NCBI GenBank assembly: GCA_964035545.1
Contig: OZ037768.1
Span: forward strand, 19,451,700-19,515,699
Source of the DNA: Bugula neritina
Lineage: Eukaryota; Animalia; Bryozoa
Length of the DNA stretch: 64,000 nucleotides
Direction of reading: 5' to 3'
Every line of letters begins with the position of its first letter. Position 1 is the first letter of the stretch. Below, piece after piece: positions 38,801-49,367 of the stretch. Below the pieces are notes generated by a model. It saw only the letters and a list, made by a program, of their open reading frames with translations, was not told the DNA's origin and searched no databases. Position numbers and translations under genes: made by a program.

Positions 38801-41404
38801 AACTACACTTTTAACACCCTATACGAACTGCTACACTCTTTCTACCATCTTTTATACATATTCTAGGCACTTTTTATATAATATTCCACACACTATATTA
38901 TACTAAATTCTGCACCAGCTTCATAGCTTTATTGGAATGCATCTGTATAAGTCATCAGCAAGGGGGAGGGAGTTGGGGTTTGTAATCAGTAGTGCATTAG
39001 ATTAACTTTTGAAACATAAGCCACTCTATTAGAAGCATCTTGTTGCTAAGCTGTGCACTGCTGGAACAAAGAGTATATACAGAGCTACACTATGCAATAC
39101 TCTACCTTCTGTAGAGACAAAGAGTATATACAGAGCTGTACTATGCAATACTCTACCTTCTGTAGAGACAAAGAGTATATACAGAGCTATACTATGCAAT
39201 ACTCTACCTTCTGTAGAGACCAAGTCCACATGTTTCTCTTGCCTCGCAGCTATGATCTCTTGTATAATTTGCATGTTAGCATAGGTTACTTCAGGTTCAT
39301 CAGGGGAGGGGGACGGGCTAGCACTGTCCTGTTTGAATATATACATGGGTTTAGGTACGTTCTCAGTGGGTCGTATATATGTTCAGTTTTGGAATTGGCA
39401 TCCGAGCTAGGAAAAATATTTCGCAATATGGCCTATAATATGTGGTGATTATAAGTACACCCAGGAGTTGTGAGGTGATATACAACCATGGTCTTGTAGT
39501 ATATCAGTTATATCTATTCCAGAACAGCTAAACTAAATAGTATGGAATTTAAATGTATTTTGTAGGTATTGAAACCAAAAGGAGGCAATGGTCCTGCAAT
39601 GCACATTATTTCAACAATGTTTTTCAACTCATTTTTTTTACAAACAGGTTTTACAACTTCTAGTAATAGGTCAACTGGTAGTTATGCAATAGCGAGATCA
39701 AGCCAAGTTATTGAAACTTTATCCAATACAAAACACAATGTAGCAGTATTTGTGTCAACAATGAAATTGTATAGATGAAAGAAAACACCCAGATTTCTAT
39801 AGGCTTCACATATCATAGTAATGTGTACTAGGATTCCATGTAATAGCAATGTAAGTGGATACTGTATTCAAACTATTGAACACTCCTTGATTCAAATATA
39901 TCCCAAGTTTCTACAGCAGCCCCTGTACTAGCAGTATCCGATTGGCTACTGAGTCATTTGGCAAGCACAACCACAATCAAGATAAATGATAGAAAGCACA
40001 GAATGGAGTCTGGACAAGTCATTTGGAATCAGCATGAGCTGACTACCTGCTAGTAGTGACAGCATGACATACCAAGTACCTGCTAGTAGTGACAGCATGA
40101 CATACAGAACACCTTCTAGAAGTGTCAGCATGACATACAGAGTACCTATTATTAGTGTAGCATGACATACACAGTACCTGCTAGTAATGACAGCATGACA
40201 TACAGAACACCTTCTAGAAGTGTCAGCATGACGTATTGAGTACCTGCTAGTAGTGACAGAATGACATACTGAGTATCTATTATTAGTGTCAGCATGAGTT
40301 GAGTACCTGCTAGTGGTGTTAGCATGACATACAGAGTACCTGCTATTAGTGTCAGCATGACATATTGAGTACCTGCTATTAGTGTCAGCATGACATACAG
40401 AGCACCTGATGCTCAGTGTCTCAATGTTACAGAGAACACAAGTGTCAGTTGAGTAATAAAGGCAAGATTAGTTTTAAGATTATACTTGTTTACAATTACG
40501 CCCCAAAGCTAGTTTTTAATTCATTAGTCTTCAGATTCTTCATTAAAATATGGAAGCTAAAACTACAATGATTGAGGACATTTAAATTACAGCTCTGATG
40601 GCAACAATACATACAGTACTCAACACAGAGTACTGAGAAAGCATGTTCAGGGCCTATAGCCACCAGCTAGTGACAACACCACAACAAAATTCCAGGCTCT
40701 AAAAATTGAACTTCTATAATGCTGACAATGTGGAGGCGCGATTTGAGAAATCTGCTATAAGAAGCTCTGAGTTGGGGTGACTGAGTGCAGTAGCTTGGGG
40801 TCTATAGTTTGGAGTTGGAGGTTCAAAGTTCCAACCTAAACCCCAACTCCAAACAGAGAATTCCAAACTACTGCACCCAGTCACCCCTAACTCAGGGCTG
40901 CTTATAGTAATTTTCTTGACCGAAAGGAGGTGAATTACTCACTGAAGTAACTACAATAGAGGGCTGCAGGTTTAGATTGAGCATTTTGTTTGTTGCCTGG
41001 GAGGCTTCCACTTGAGGTGAAGATTTCGTCTGCAACTGCGAGACTCTATTCAGAGTGTCAGCTTTGGAATCAAACGACCCACTATATGACTGACCATCAC
41101 TTAGGCTGTCTGCATAGCTGCTAGCATTGCTGTGTTCTCTGTGATGACCATTCATAGGCACTGATGGAATGTCGGTGTGAATACTAATGGAGTCACTAGC
41201 TCCGATAACCTCCATTTGAGGATTTACTCTCACATAGCTAGCCGGAACATAAAACTTTTCTCTTTCATCTCTTCTCACTTTCCACCACTCATCTGTAGAC
41301 TTGTCTAGTAAGGTGAATATGTCACCTTTATGTATAGAGATGTGCTTTCCTTCCGAGGTGTCATAGTTGTAATCATACAGAACTTCCACTGAGCTAACTG
41401 CCAT
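23853..41404 (-). CDS. Rho GTPase-activating protein, SH3-WW-WW-PH-RhoGAP architecture (ARHGAP12/15/27/9 family)
   Basis: SH3 (VEVLYDYNY...DEWWKVRR..FYVPASYV, 41404-40943), WW (WQKLKDSDSGNMYYFNPVTKETTWDSP; WHMAVDESGKEYYYKENSQESLWELP), split PH exons (34106-31334), RhoGAP with arginine finger GLYRISGN, GALKLFFRELKEPL and NRMRPQNIAIVFGPTL; about 17 coding exons; a 5'UTR exon probably ends at the GTGAGT donor near 44377. Confidence 0.92.
24330..24630. repeat. Intronic ~33-bp CA/TA-rich minisatellite
   Basis: Repeated TACACTATACAGTGTACATACTATACATACATTA-like units. Confidence 0.9.
25684..26137. mobile_element. ~450-bp non-autonomous DNA transposon with 20-bp TIRs
   Basis: CTGAAGTTGCGTTTATACCT at 25684 and AGGTATAAACGCAACTTTAG ending 26137 (19/20 inverted match); interior is CpG-richer than the flanking intron. 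Confidence 0.75.
27704..27930. mobile_element. ~225-bp MITE-like element
   Basis: Inverted ends GATTCCATGGGGACAACTCCAAATT ... AATTTGGAGTTGTCCACCAGAATC. Confidence 0.6.
28240..28500. repeat. 20-bp minisatellite (CAGAGTAGACAGGTGGTG[G/T])n
   Basis: About 12 units in a RhoGAP intron. Confidence 0.9.
29435..29464 (-). CDS. Predicted 30-nt in-frame microexon of the RhoGAP (SSSLKKRHTN)
   Basis: TTTTATATCCTAACAG|CTTCATCACTAAAGAAAAGGCACACAAATA|GTAAGT; phase 1-1, matching flanking exons 30489-30360 and 28196-28020. Confidence 0.7.
36160..36805. repeat. 21-bp minisatellite (CATAGTATACTGTACATACTG)n
   Basis: About 30 units; produces the spurious ILHSILY / MYSILCS / QYVQYTM ORFs. Confidence 0.97.
39066..39220 (-). 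repeat. 51-bp tandem repeat (3 units) duplicating a RhoGAP exon end and donor
   Basis: Minus-strand unit TGTCTCTACAGAAG|GTAGAGTATTGCATAG...CTCTGTATATACTCTT with candidate exon ends at 39208, 39157, 39106. Confidence 0.9.
40030..40405. repeat. ~36-bp intronic minisatellite
   Basis: Repeated GTACCTGCTAGTAGTGACAGCATGACATACAGA-like units. Confidence 0.9.
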
Positions 41405-42032
41405 TCCCTACAGTCAAAGCAAATTAACATGTACTCATGGAAGTCCAGCACAACTTAGTCAATATACACTCTCGTGTTGATAAACTTAAAAAAACTGCTT
41501 CAACAAATTTTAAATTTACTAATAACTATAAAATGTTTTCGCTGATGGTCTAATGTACAACATTATAAACCCTGAAAACTAATATGAAGATTAACTATTG
41601 TCTGTATTATATCTACAACTTAGTCTAGTTGGTAGAACTATAATCGAGTATATACTAGTTGAAATTAAAACTTCAACTTGAAGTAAATTAAATTTAAAAT
41701 TGAAAAATAAATTTAATAACCTTGAAATAATATTGAAGAAAATGAAAACAAATATCAATTTAGGATTTTTCAGTCACCAGTACTTCTTTCCTACCATTAA
41801 AAAACTTGAAATTTACTGGATATACCTGTCATAAATAGGCGTGCACTACAAAAATAAATTCCATAGTACAACAGAGCAAAAGTATTTTATGAATGCATTA
41901 CTCCCAGTCAAATTATGCCCTGATGGTAACTTTTCTATACATTTTCTTCCTTCTATACCAGGGCTGCTAAGCAAAGTACAAGAAGCACTGTTCGTAAAAT
42001 AAATAATAACTACAAATATAAGGCTTTAAATT

Positions 42033-42243
42033 AGAGAGCAGCCCTGGTCTAGGGGTTGGAGCATCTGCCTAGCAAGCACGAAGTCATGGGTTCAAGCCCA
42101 GACACAGGCCATTGGTGATGTTAGGAAGAGCATCCAGTCATAGTTGCTCCTGTGCCTCATTTAAATAAGTCCTTAGCCCGCTAAAAAAAACCTTTATATC
42201 GGTTTCTCACAGAGATAACGACTATAAACTTGCGCGAGTTTTT
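42033..42243 (+). mobile_element. tRNA-derived SINE with 16-bp target-site duplication
   Basis: Box A-like TGGTCTAGGGG, box B-like GGTTCAAGCCC, core GATGTTAGGAAGAGCATCCAG; identical TATAAGGCTTTAAATT at 42017-42032 and 42244-42259. Confidence 0.88.
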
Positions 42244-42259
42244 TATAAGGCTTTAAATT

Positions 42260-42902
42260 GCTGATAAATAAAAATTCAGACTTTTACTGTCTGATAAAGT
42301 GAGATACCTTGGTGTGTTAGTGGATCAGAATTTGAAATTTCATTAACATGTATAATCACTAGTTACAACAGTATCAAGAAGAATGTATATTGTAAAGAAT
42401 TTTGTGTATTTTAGCTCTAAACCTCTAGCAAATATATTATTCAAAAGTTTCATCATGTCCCGCATCGCCTATTGTCTACCTATTAGTTTTACTTGTATCT
42501 ATGCCAGTGATAAAAAGGCTATCCGAAAGATGTTCAAAGATTGCTCAAAACTTGGGATTGAGTATCTAAACATTGATTTGTGCATTCAGAAACTCACTAA
42601 CGAACTTGCCATCAAATATATAGTAGATAATGACCATTTTATCAATAACTTTCTGAGTCAATACCCCTCTGGAAGATATCGAACCATCAAATATAAAGGG
42701 GCATGGGGCAGAGATAGCTTCTTGCGATATCTTGTAAATACTTTAAATGAGCTTTTATTTTAAATAATCTAACAGAGTTTTGACTTTTAACTTTCTTTTC
42801 TTTCATTTTTGTTCATACCTACTTATATAATAGCCAGTATTTACACTGAATTTCGCAACGTGTTGTCATGTCTGTGATATGCAATAAATCAATTAATCAA
42901 TC
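42260..42902 (+). mobile_element. 5'-truncated, degenerate non-LTR retrotransposon (L2/CR1-group ORF2 C-terminus)
   Basis: VRYLGVLVDQNLKFH*HV*...SRRMYIV...LFKSFIMSRIAYCLP matches the C-terminal region downstream of LINE RT domains; internal stops; ends in an AATAAA-TCAATTAATCAATC tail. Confidence 0.78.
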
Positions 42903-45348
42903 CCTATATTTTGAAACAATAGCATAAAAATACATACTATACTAAAAGTTACATTCAATAACTATAAGTTAGTGCAATCATAATGCAAATGAATAGTACT
43001 TGAAATAATTACAAATATGAATAGAAATAATAATTCAAATTACTATTCAGTATTCAATATTGAGTGCTGTCATTGTTATTGCTAATATGGTCTTACCATA
43101 TTATTCATATTTGTAATACAATAAGTATAACATTAACTAATACTATGTCCATTAATATGTTTAACAATACCTTCATAACCATTATGAATACTCATTGTCA
43201 TTATGATTATGGATATTATATTTATAATGATAATAAATATGATAATCATAATGATCAAACATGAAGGGATAATAAATATAACATTTTAATCACTTATAGT
43301 TATACTTATAGTTATACCCAGTCTCACAGTTATACCAATACTAATAGTAATATTTATACTTATAGCTAAACTTAATGCAAATGTTATTTTCTACAAAAGA
43401 TCAAGGTAAAAGATTAATAATAATATCAACTTCAAGATCGCTGAAGATCAGGATGAAGATCAAGATGCAACTTGAAATTAATTTCAAAAAGAAAACTCAT
43501 TAATTTTAAAAGTTAAACAACAACTACTACTAGTAGTAAAACTTATACTTATAGTTAATGTTATAGTATCAGTCTATCACATTGAGTTTGACATTGTGAC
43601 TGTAAGTCGTCGATGATTAAAACTCACACTGACTCTGATAACTGTAAGTTAAACACTCACACTGATTGGCAGCAACGTTGTCGCAATGACAATTGCACTC
43701 CTTGAACTTGAAGGTAACGCTGACACTCCGGTCACCTGTGTCTCAGTCTGTGACTTGTGAGTGTGATGATAATGATTAACTTACATAAAGACTAAACTTA
43801 AACATGGATTTATAATGCTGAGCTGTTTCTTACTACACTTATAGAAGTATTGACAATTTTTTAAAATAACTCAGCAATGTTATCTGAGAAATTATATCTC
43901 ACTGGTTTGTAATATTGCTACACAGTTCCAGGTTTCTGCTGCGAATTGTTACTTTCCACTTTGTACGCCTCTAAGTATATTTACTATATTATTATCAATA
44001 TGTATAACTATAATATCATTTGAACCCTCATACAGATTTACAAGGGCAGACAACTACGCTTTACTCGATATTTTGGCAACAGAGTGTACTTATCACACTG
44101 GATTTTAGGTATCCACCCTCAAGCAATCAAGTTTCTTTCATAGAATTGTCCTATTACACTCTATTAAAAAGATTTCAATGATATCTAAGGAATAAGTCAT
44201 CATTATACATTTTGCTAGATGCATGTAAGAATTCCCCGTCGATTGATTGTAGGCTATAATAATCTTGATTCTAAAGCTAAACTTTAATAATCACAGAATC
44301 GATAGAAGAAACACAAACTTTGGAGTCGATGAGTGCAACGTTTGTAAAGACATTAGTTGCCAAAATGCAAACTCACCACCAGCTTTGTGCTCCTTCAACC
44401 GATCTCCACTAGGCTATGATCAAACGATTAACTATCATTAAATTTAATTTAATGCTAATAAGTACTAGTAGTACCACTTAATTTAATACGTCAATAATAA
44501 TATTAATAATTATAACATAAGTATCAGTATGCATTGTAATTATATTCCAGTGCATCGTATAAACTTATATTTTATTTTCAGTAATGTCTATAACTACACT
44601 AAGCATAACATAAACATGAACATCGTGATCGAGTTCGACATGTTTAAAATGGGAGAATACTGAATAGTGAATAGTCATACTCATAGACTAAGACATAGTC
44701 ATAGTGATAGACTAACTTTAAGACTTGCTGTTAGAGTGATACTAATAGTGATACTGATAGACTTAAAGTAAAAGTTACAGTTACTGTTAGACTCGTATTC
44801 ATACTCATAGCAATAGTCATAGTGATAAACCATAGGACATAGTGATAGTGATAGGCTGATAGCCGATAGGGCATAGTCATAGTGAATACAATATAAATGA
44901 ATATTTTACTGTACAAGTAGAACTAGAACTACTAAAAGTCACTGAATCTTTTAGTTTTAATGCACCAATTTGAATTTGTAGTTTTATTACCAAGCGCATT
45001 GATAACTTCTAAGAAATGTTTAATTAATGTTTATGTTATTATTTTGATTGTATTAATATAGCCAGATGCCTAAGGCTGATTCTTTCATCTTTTTTGTTTT
45101 AAATTTCACTTAGGAGCAGTACTGGAGAAATTGAGATAGCCTAAATTATTTTATTTTATTAATAAACTTTTGCGAGAACATAACTTCTTTTGCTACATTT
45201 TTAATCTATAACACAGGCTTTTCTCAATTTTTCCATTTCTGCACCTACCTCTCAAATTTATGCTTAGCCAATGGACTATCATTTTTTAATAAATTTAAAC
45301 AAATGTTTTACCAGGCAGAGCACATGATAAATTCACAAAACTATACAA

Positions 45349-48297
45349 ATGTCGTCACCCAGCTCTGATATGAAAGCCTTTAGAGAACTTGTTCGTAAGT
45401 GTAAGTCGCTGGTTGTGTTGACTGGAGCAGGCGTAAGTGCAGAAAGTGGAGTTCCAACCTTCAGAGGTGCAGGCGGCTACTGGAGAAGATGGAACGCTAC
45501 AGTAAGACACTGAACCATTCATTGAATGCTGTTTTAATGACTAATAATTCAAATTGCAGATTCCAACAATGTTTTTAGGATTTAGCCACGCCTGAAGCTT
45601 TTCATGAGAACCCCTCTTTAGTGTGGGAGTTTTATCACTACAGACGAGAAGTGATGGCTTCAAAGCACCCTAATCCAGTGAGTTGTTAGAATTGTTTTGT
45701 GAATACGTTTTTACCAATCTGTATGCATAGTTATCATACCTGCAATGGTTTCAAATCGAGTGAAGTTCTTGGTGCGATTACAGTCACAATTTTACTTCTT
45801 GTAAATAGAAAGTCATTATTGTAGGCTCATATTGCCATAGCTGAATGTGAAAAACGGTTCAAGGAAAGTGGTCGTAAAGTGACTGTCATAACTCAGAACA
45901 TTGATGGGTTGCATAAGCGCGCTGGGTCTAACAGGATATTAGAATTGCATGGTAATTAAATTACGGAATTGAGTTGACCAATTTTTAGCATTACCATCAT
46001 ATAGTAATGTCAAGTTCAAAATTACACTCAATCTCATCATTTATTAAGTTCAACTTTACAGTCAATAAGTTGCTTAGAAATGCTTGTTGTTTCAGGTAAT
46101 TTGTTTAAAACACGGTGTTTGAAATGTGGCAATGTAGCTGTTAATGTGGACTCACCTATATGTGAGGCACTCCAAGGCAGAGGGTGAGCTGAACTATTCT
46201 ATACTGTATTTACACGTATTCTCGTTGATTAATCTGTCACTCATTATGTCAGTACTTTTTACACTTTTGTTTCACTGTTTAGGGCACCAGATCCTGGTAC
46301 AGAGTCAGCGCTGATTCCAGAGGAACAGCTGCCGAGGTCAGTTTCTTTCTGCTGTTTGGGGGTCCAGTATGTTTAGTTATTAGTATGTCTAGTTATTAGT
46401 ATGGTTATTGGTATGTTTAGTTATTAGTAAATTAGTTGTTAGTATTGATGTTGAAAGCAGAAAACAAAGGCAACCTTAGGCTAATTTTGCATTAAAATAT
46501 TTCCACCGGTTACTTCATGTTGCTAGTCGTATAGTTGTTGAGTGAGTGGTGGCTTTGTAAGTCGGGGCAGGTGATGGTAATCTCTGCACTTCCTGTAGGT
46601 GTAAAGTTGGAGGATGCGGTGGTTTGGTACGACCTCATGTCGTGTGGTTCGGGGAATGTCTGGAGTCTTCTATCCTCGAGGAGGTCGACCAGGAGCTGCA
46701 AAACTGTGACTTGTGTATGCTGGTTGGTAGATTTTCTATTTCCACACACACACAGCACACGCACACAGCACACACATACACACACATGCATATATCATTA
46801 CATTTTACTTTAAATCATGCCTCTAGGAGTTGCATTCTTTTTCAACAATTAATTGGAACTTTGTTGTTGTGTAGATAGAAATAGATTGATATGCATATAT
46901 TCTAAAGCATATGTGAGATTCTGTATGGTGCATACACGCTGCTCTGTGGTGATGAAGCAGTCAGCATATATTGTTGCAGGTTGGAACGTCTTCTGTAGTC
47001 TATCCGGCAGCAGGCTTTGCTCCAGCTCTGGCTGCAAGAGGAGTTCCCGTAGCTGAGTTCAACATGGAGACAACATGGGCCACCAACCAGCTGGGGTGAG
47101 TCCCATTTGCCTGCTTTTTTATGCGAGAAAGAATTCTTATAAAAGCAGCAGAGTATTCTAGGTTAATTACACTCTGTAGTATGCAACAATTGTAGTTTGG
47201 AGTTGTGTTCTCACTAGACTAGCCCTGCATTCTAGTGATATAGTATTGTCACAGGTTACCTTGTTTTGTCTTTGGTAATGCAATTGGCCGCTTGGATCTT
47301 CAGCATCATTTTTATATTTCTGTTGGTAGTTTATTAATTTCAAAGTACTGCAAATTGTAATTTTTTTTACATAAAAAATATCTAATCTGTTTGACTTGGA
47401 TTTTAAAGAAAAATTAGTAACTTTAAAAAGCTAGTTGATGGTGACACTGTTTAGCCCTGTAGAGTTGCCTTCTTTTGTAAAATGTGCTAAAATAAGGTTT
47501 GCTTGTAACTTGGAATATTTTCCATAACCTGGCAGTTATAATTACTAAAGGGATTATGAAATGGATTTGAATACTAATACTCATCTGCATGATTTATAGA
47601 TGTATATGATTTATCTATTTTCCTGAAGTAGAGATTAGCTGCAGTTCATTTTCCTGTATTGCTACTCAAACCCATTATAATTTCACCAATTTAAATTTAG
47701 CTAAACTTCTATCAAGAACTCATTAATTAAGGATTGGGAAAGATGCAAGTGACTAACTAGTGCTACTCACAAAGTTGAGCGAACTTTGTTATTTAGCTAA
47801 GCAGTAGTTATAAGCTGAGTGAAACTCATAGGATGAGTACTATCTAAATATAGAGACACACTGGGAGATGGTAAAGCAAGTGATGAACTGAGTTTGATAG
47901 ATAGCTGTATTGAGTGTTAAAATTTCAGGGGGGGGGGGAAGAAGAAGAGGGGGAGGGTTTAAATGATATATAATATATGGATGTTTCATAGCTTCCCAAA
48001 ATGCATAGCCATGCAATAGAAATACAGCTCGTGTTTTGCAGCTAAGCATAAGCGATTGTTTTAAGAAATGTGATTGGGCCATAACCCAGTGCACATTATA
48101 ATGCTACAGGAGTAAGATATATTGCACAACATACATGGCGCTCACACAGGCAAAATAATATATTAAGTGAACTATTAAATTCAATAAAGGGAAATTATTG
48201 CTATAGTCTGTTTTAATTAAGTTTATGCTATTTATTATGTAGATTCCATTTCCATGGTCCAGCTGGTGAAAATGTTCCGGAAGCACTAAAACCATAA
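45349..48297 (+). CDS. SIRT5: NAD-dependent protein deacylase sirtuin-5 (class III), 8 exons
   Basis: Exons 45349-45501, 45579-45677, 45825-45951, 46096-46183, 46283-46336, 46599-46722, 46980-47095, 48243-48297; [26 protein letters not shown] (desuccinylase Tyr/Arg), TQNIDGLH, catalytic ELHG, Zn Cys pairs, [20 protein letters not shown]. Confidence 0.96.
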
Positions 48298-48318
48298 CTC
48301 ATCTCAGGTAGGCAATAT

Positions 48319-48602
48319 GTAATACCATGTACTCTGTGTGTAATACCATGTACTCTGTGTGTAATACCATGTACTCTGTGTGTAATACCATGTACTCTGT
48401 GTGTAATACCATGTACTCTGTCTGTAATACCATGTACTCTGTGTGTAATACCATGTACTCTGTGTGTAATATCGTGTACTCTGCGTGTAATACCATGTAC
48501 TCTGCGTGTAATACCATGTACTCTGTGTGTAATACCATGTACTCTGTGTGTAATACCATGTACTCTGTGTGTAATACCATGTACTCTGTGTGTAATACCA
48601 AT
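48319..48602. repeat. 21-bp minisatellite (GTAATACCATGTACTCTGTGT)n just 3' of the SIRT5 stop
   Basis: About 13 near-identical units. Confidence 0.95.
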
Positions 48603-49367
48603 ACTTTGCTATTAATTTAAATTCCACTATAAATATAATATGTACAGTGTTGCATTATATTCAGGTTCTACTATGCTGAGCTATGGTCTGCCCTCTCCAC
48701 CTGCCACTTATAATCTTCCTACTAACTCTAACACAAGGCTTTGGCAGCTGAATATTTTTTATATAATTTTTTCTTCTATTATGTCATACACATCTGTCTT
48801 TATTACAAAATGGAATTTGAGTCATTATTTTATTAGCTTTGCAGAAAAGCTGTTCTTAACAACGGTGTTTTTCATGCTCAAATTTTTAAATGATATTTTA
48901 TGGTATTATCAGGGTATATTGAACTATTTTGTTATTCTTTATTATTTTGTATTTCTGATAATAAAATCTCTATGCACATAAAACCTGGATTTGCTCTTAT
49001 TTTTTAACAACATCACGTATTCCCACTTCTACTTAGATGTTATCTACTTAGAGTTAACACTAAATCATATTCTCCTCTACGGATATCATTTAGAGATCAA
49101 ATAAGGGTTAGGAGGGAAAAAGGTATTAGAGTTGAGTTTATTGTTGAATATATGTACACCAGTATCACTGCTATATTGATGGAGTAATAATATCTTCTGG
49201 AATGTTCTGAGAATTTGACATGTTATACTATCACGGTATTTATGCAACAGTTTATCATGATACAGATGGAGAAAAAGAGATTCACCATCTTTAAAGTTGA
49301 GTAGAACTCCAGCATCCAACTTTTATATAAATTATATTTCACCAAAACCTTGTTACAGAATTATTGA

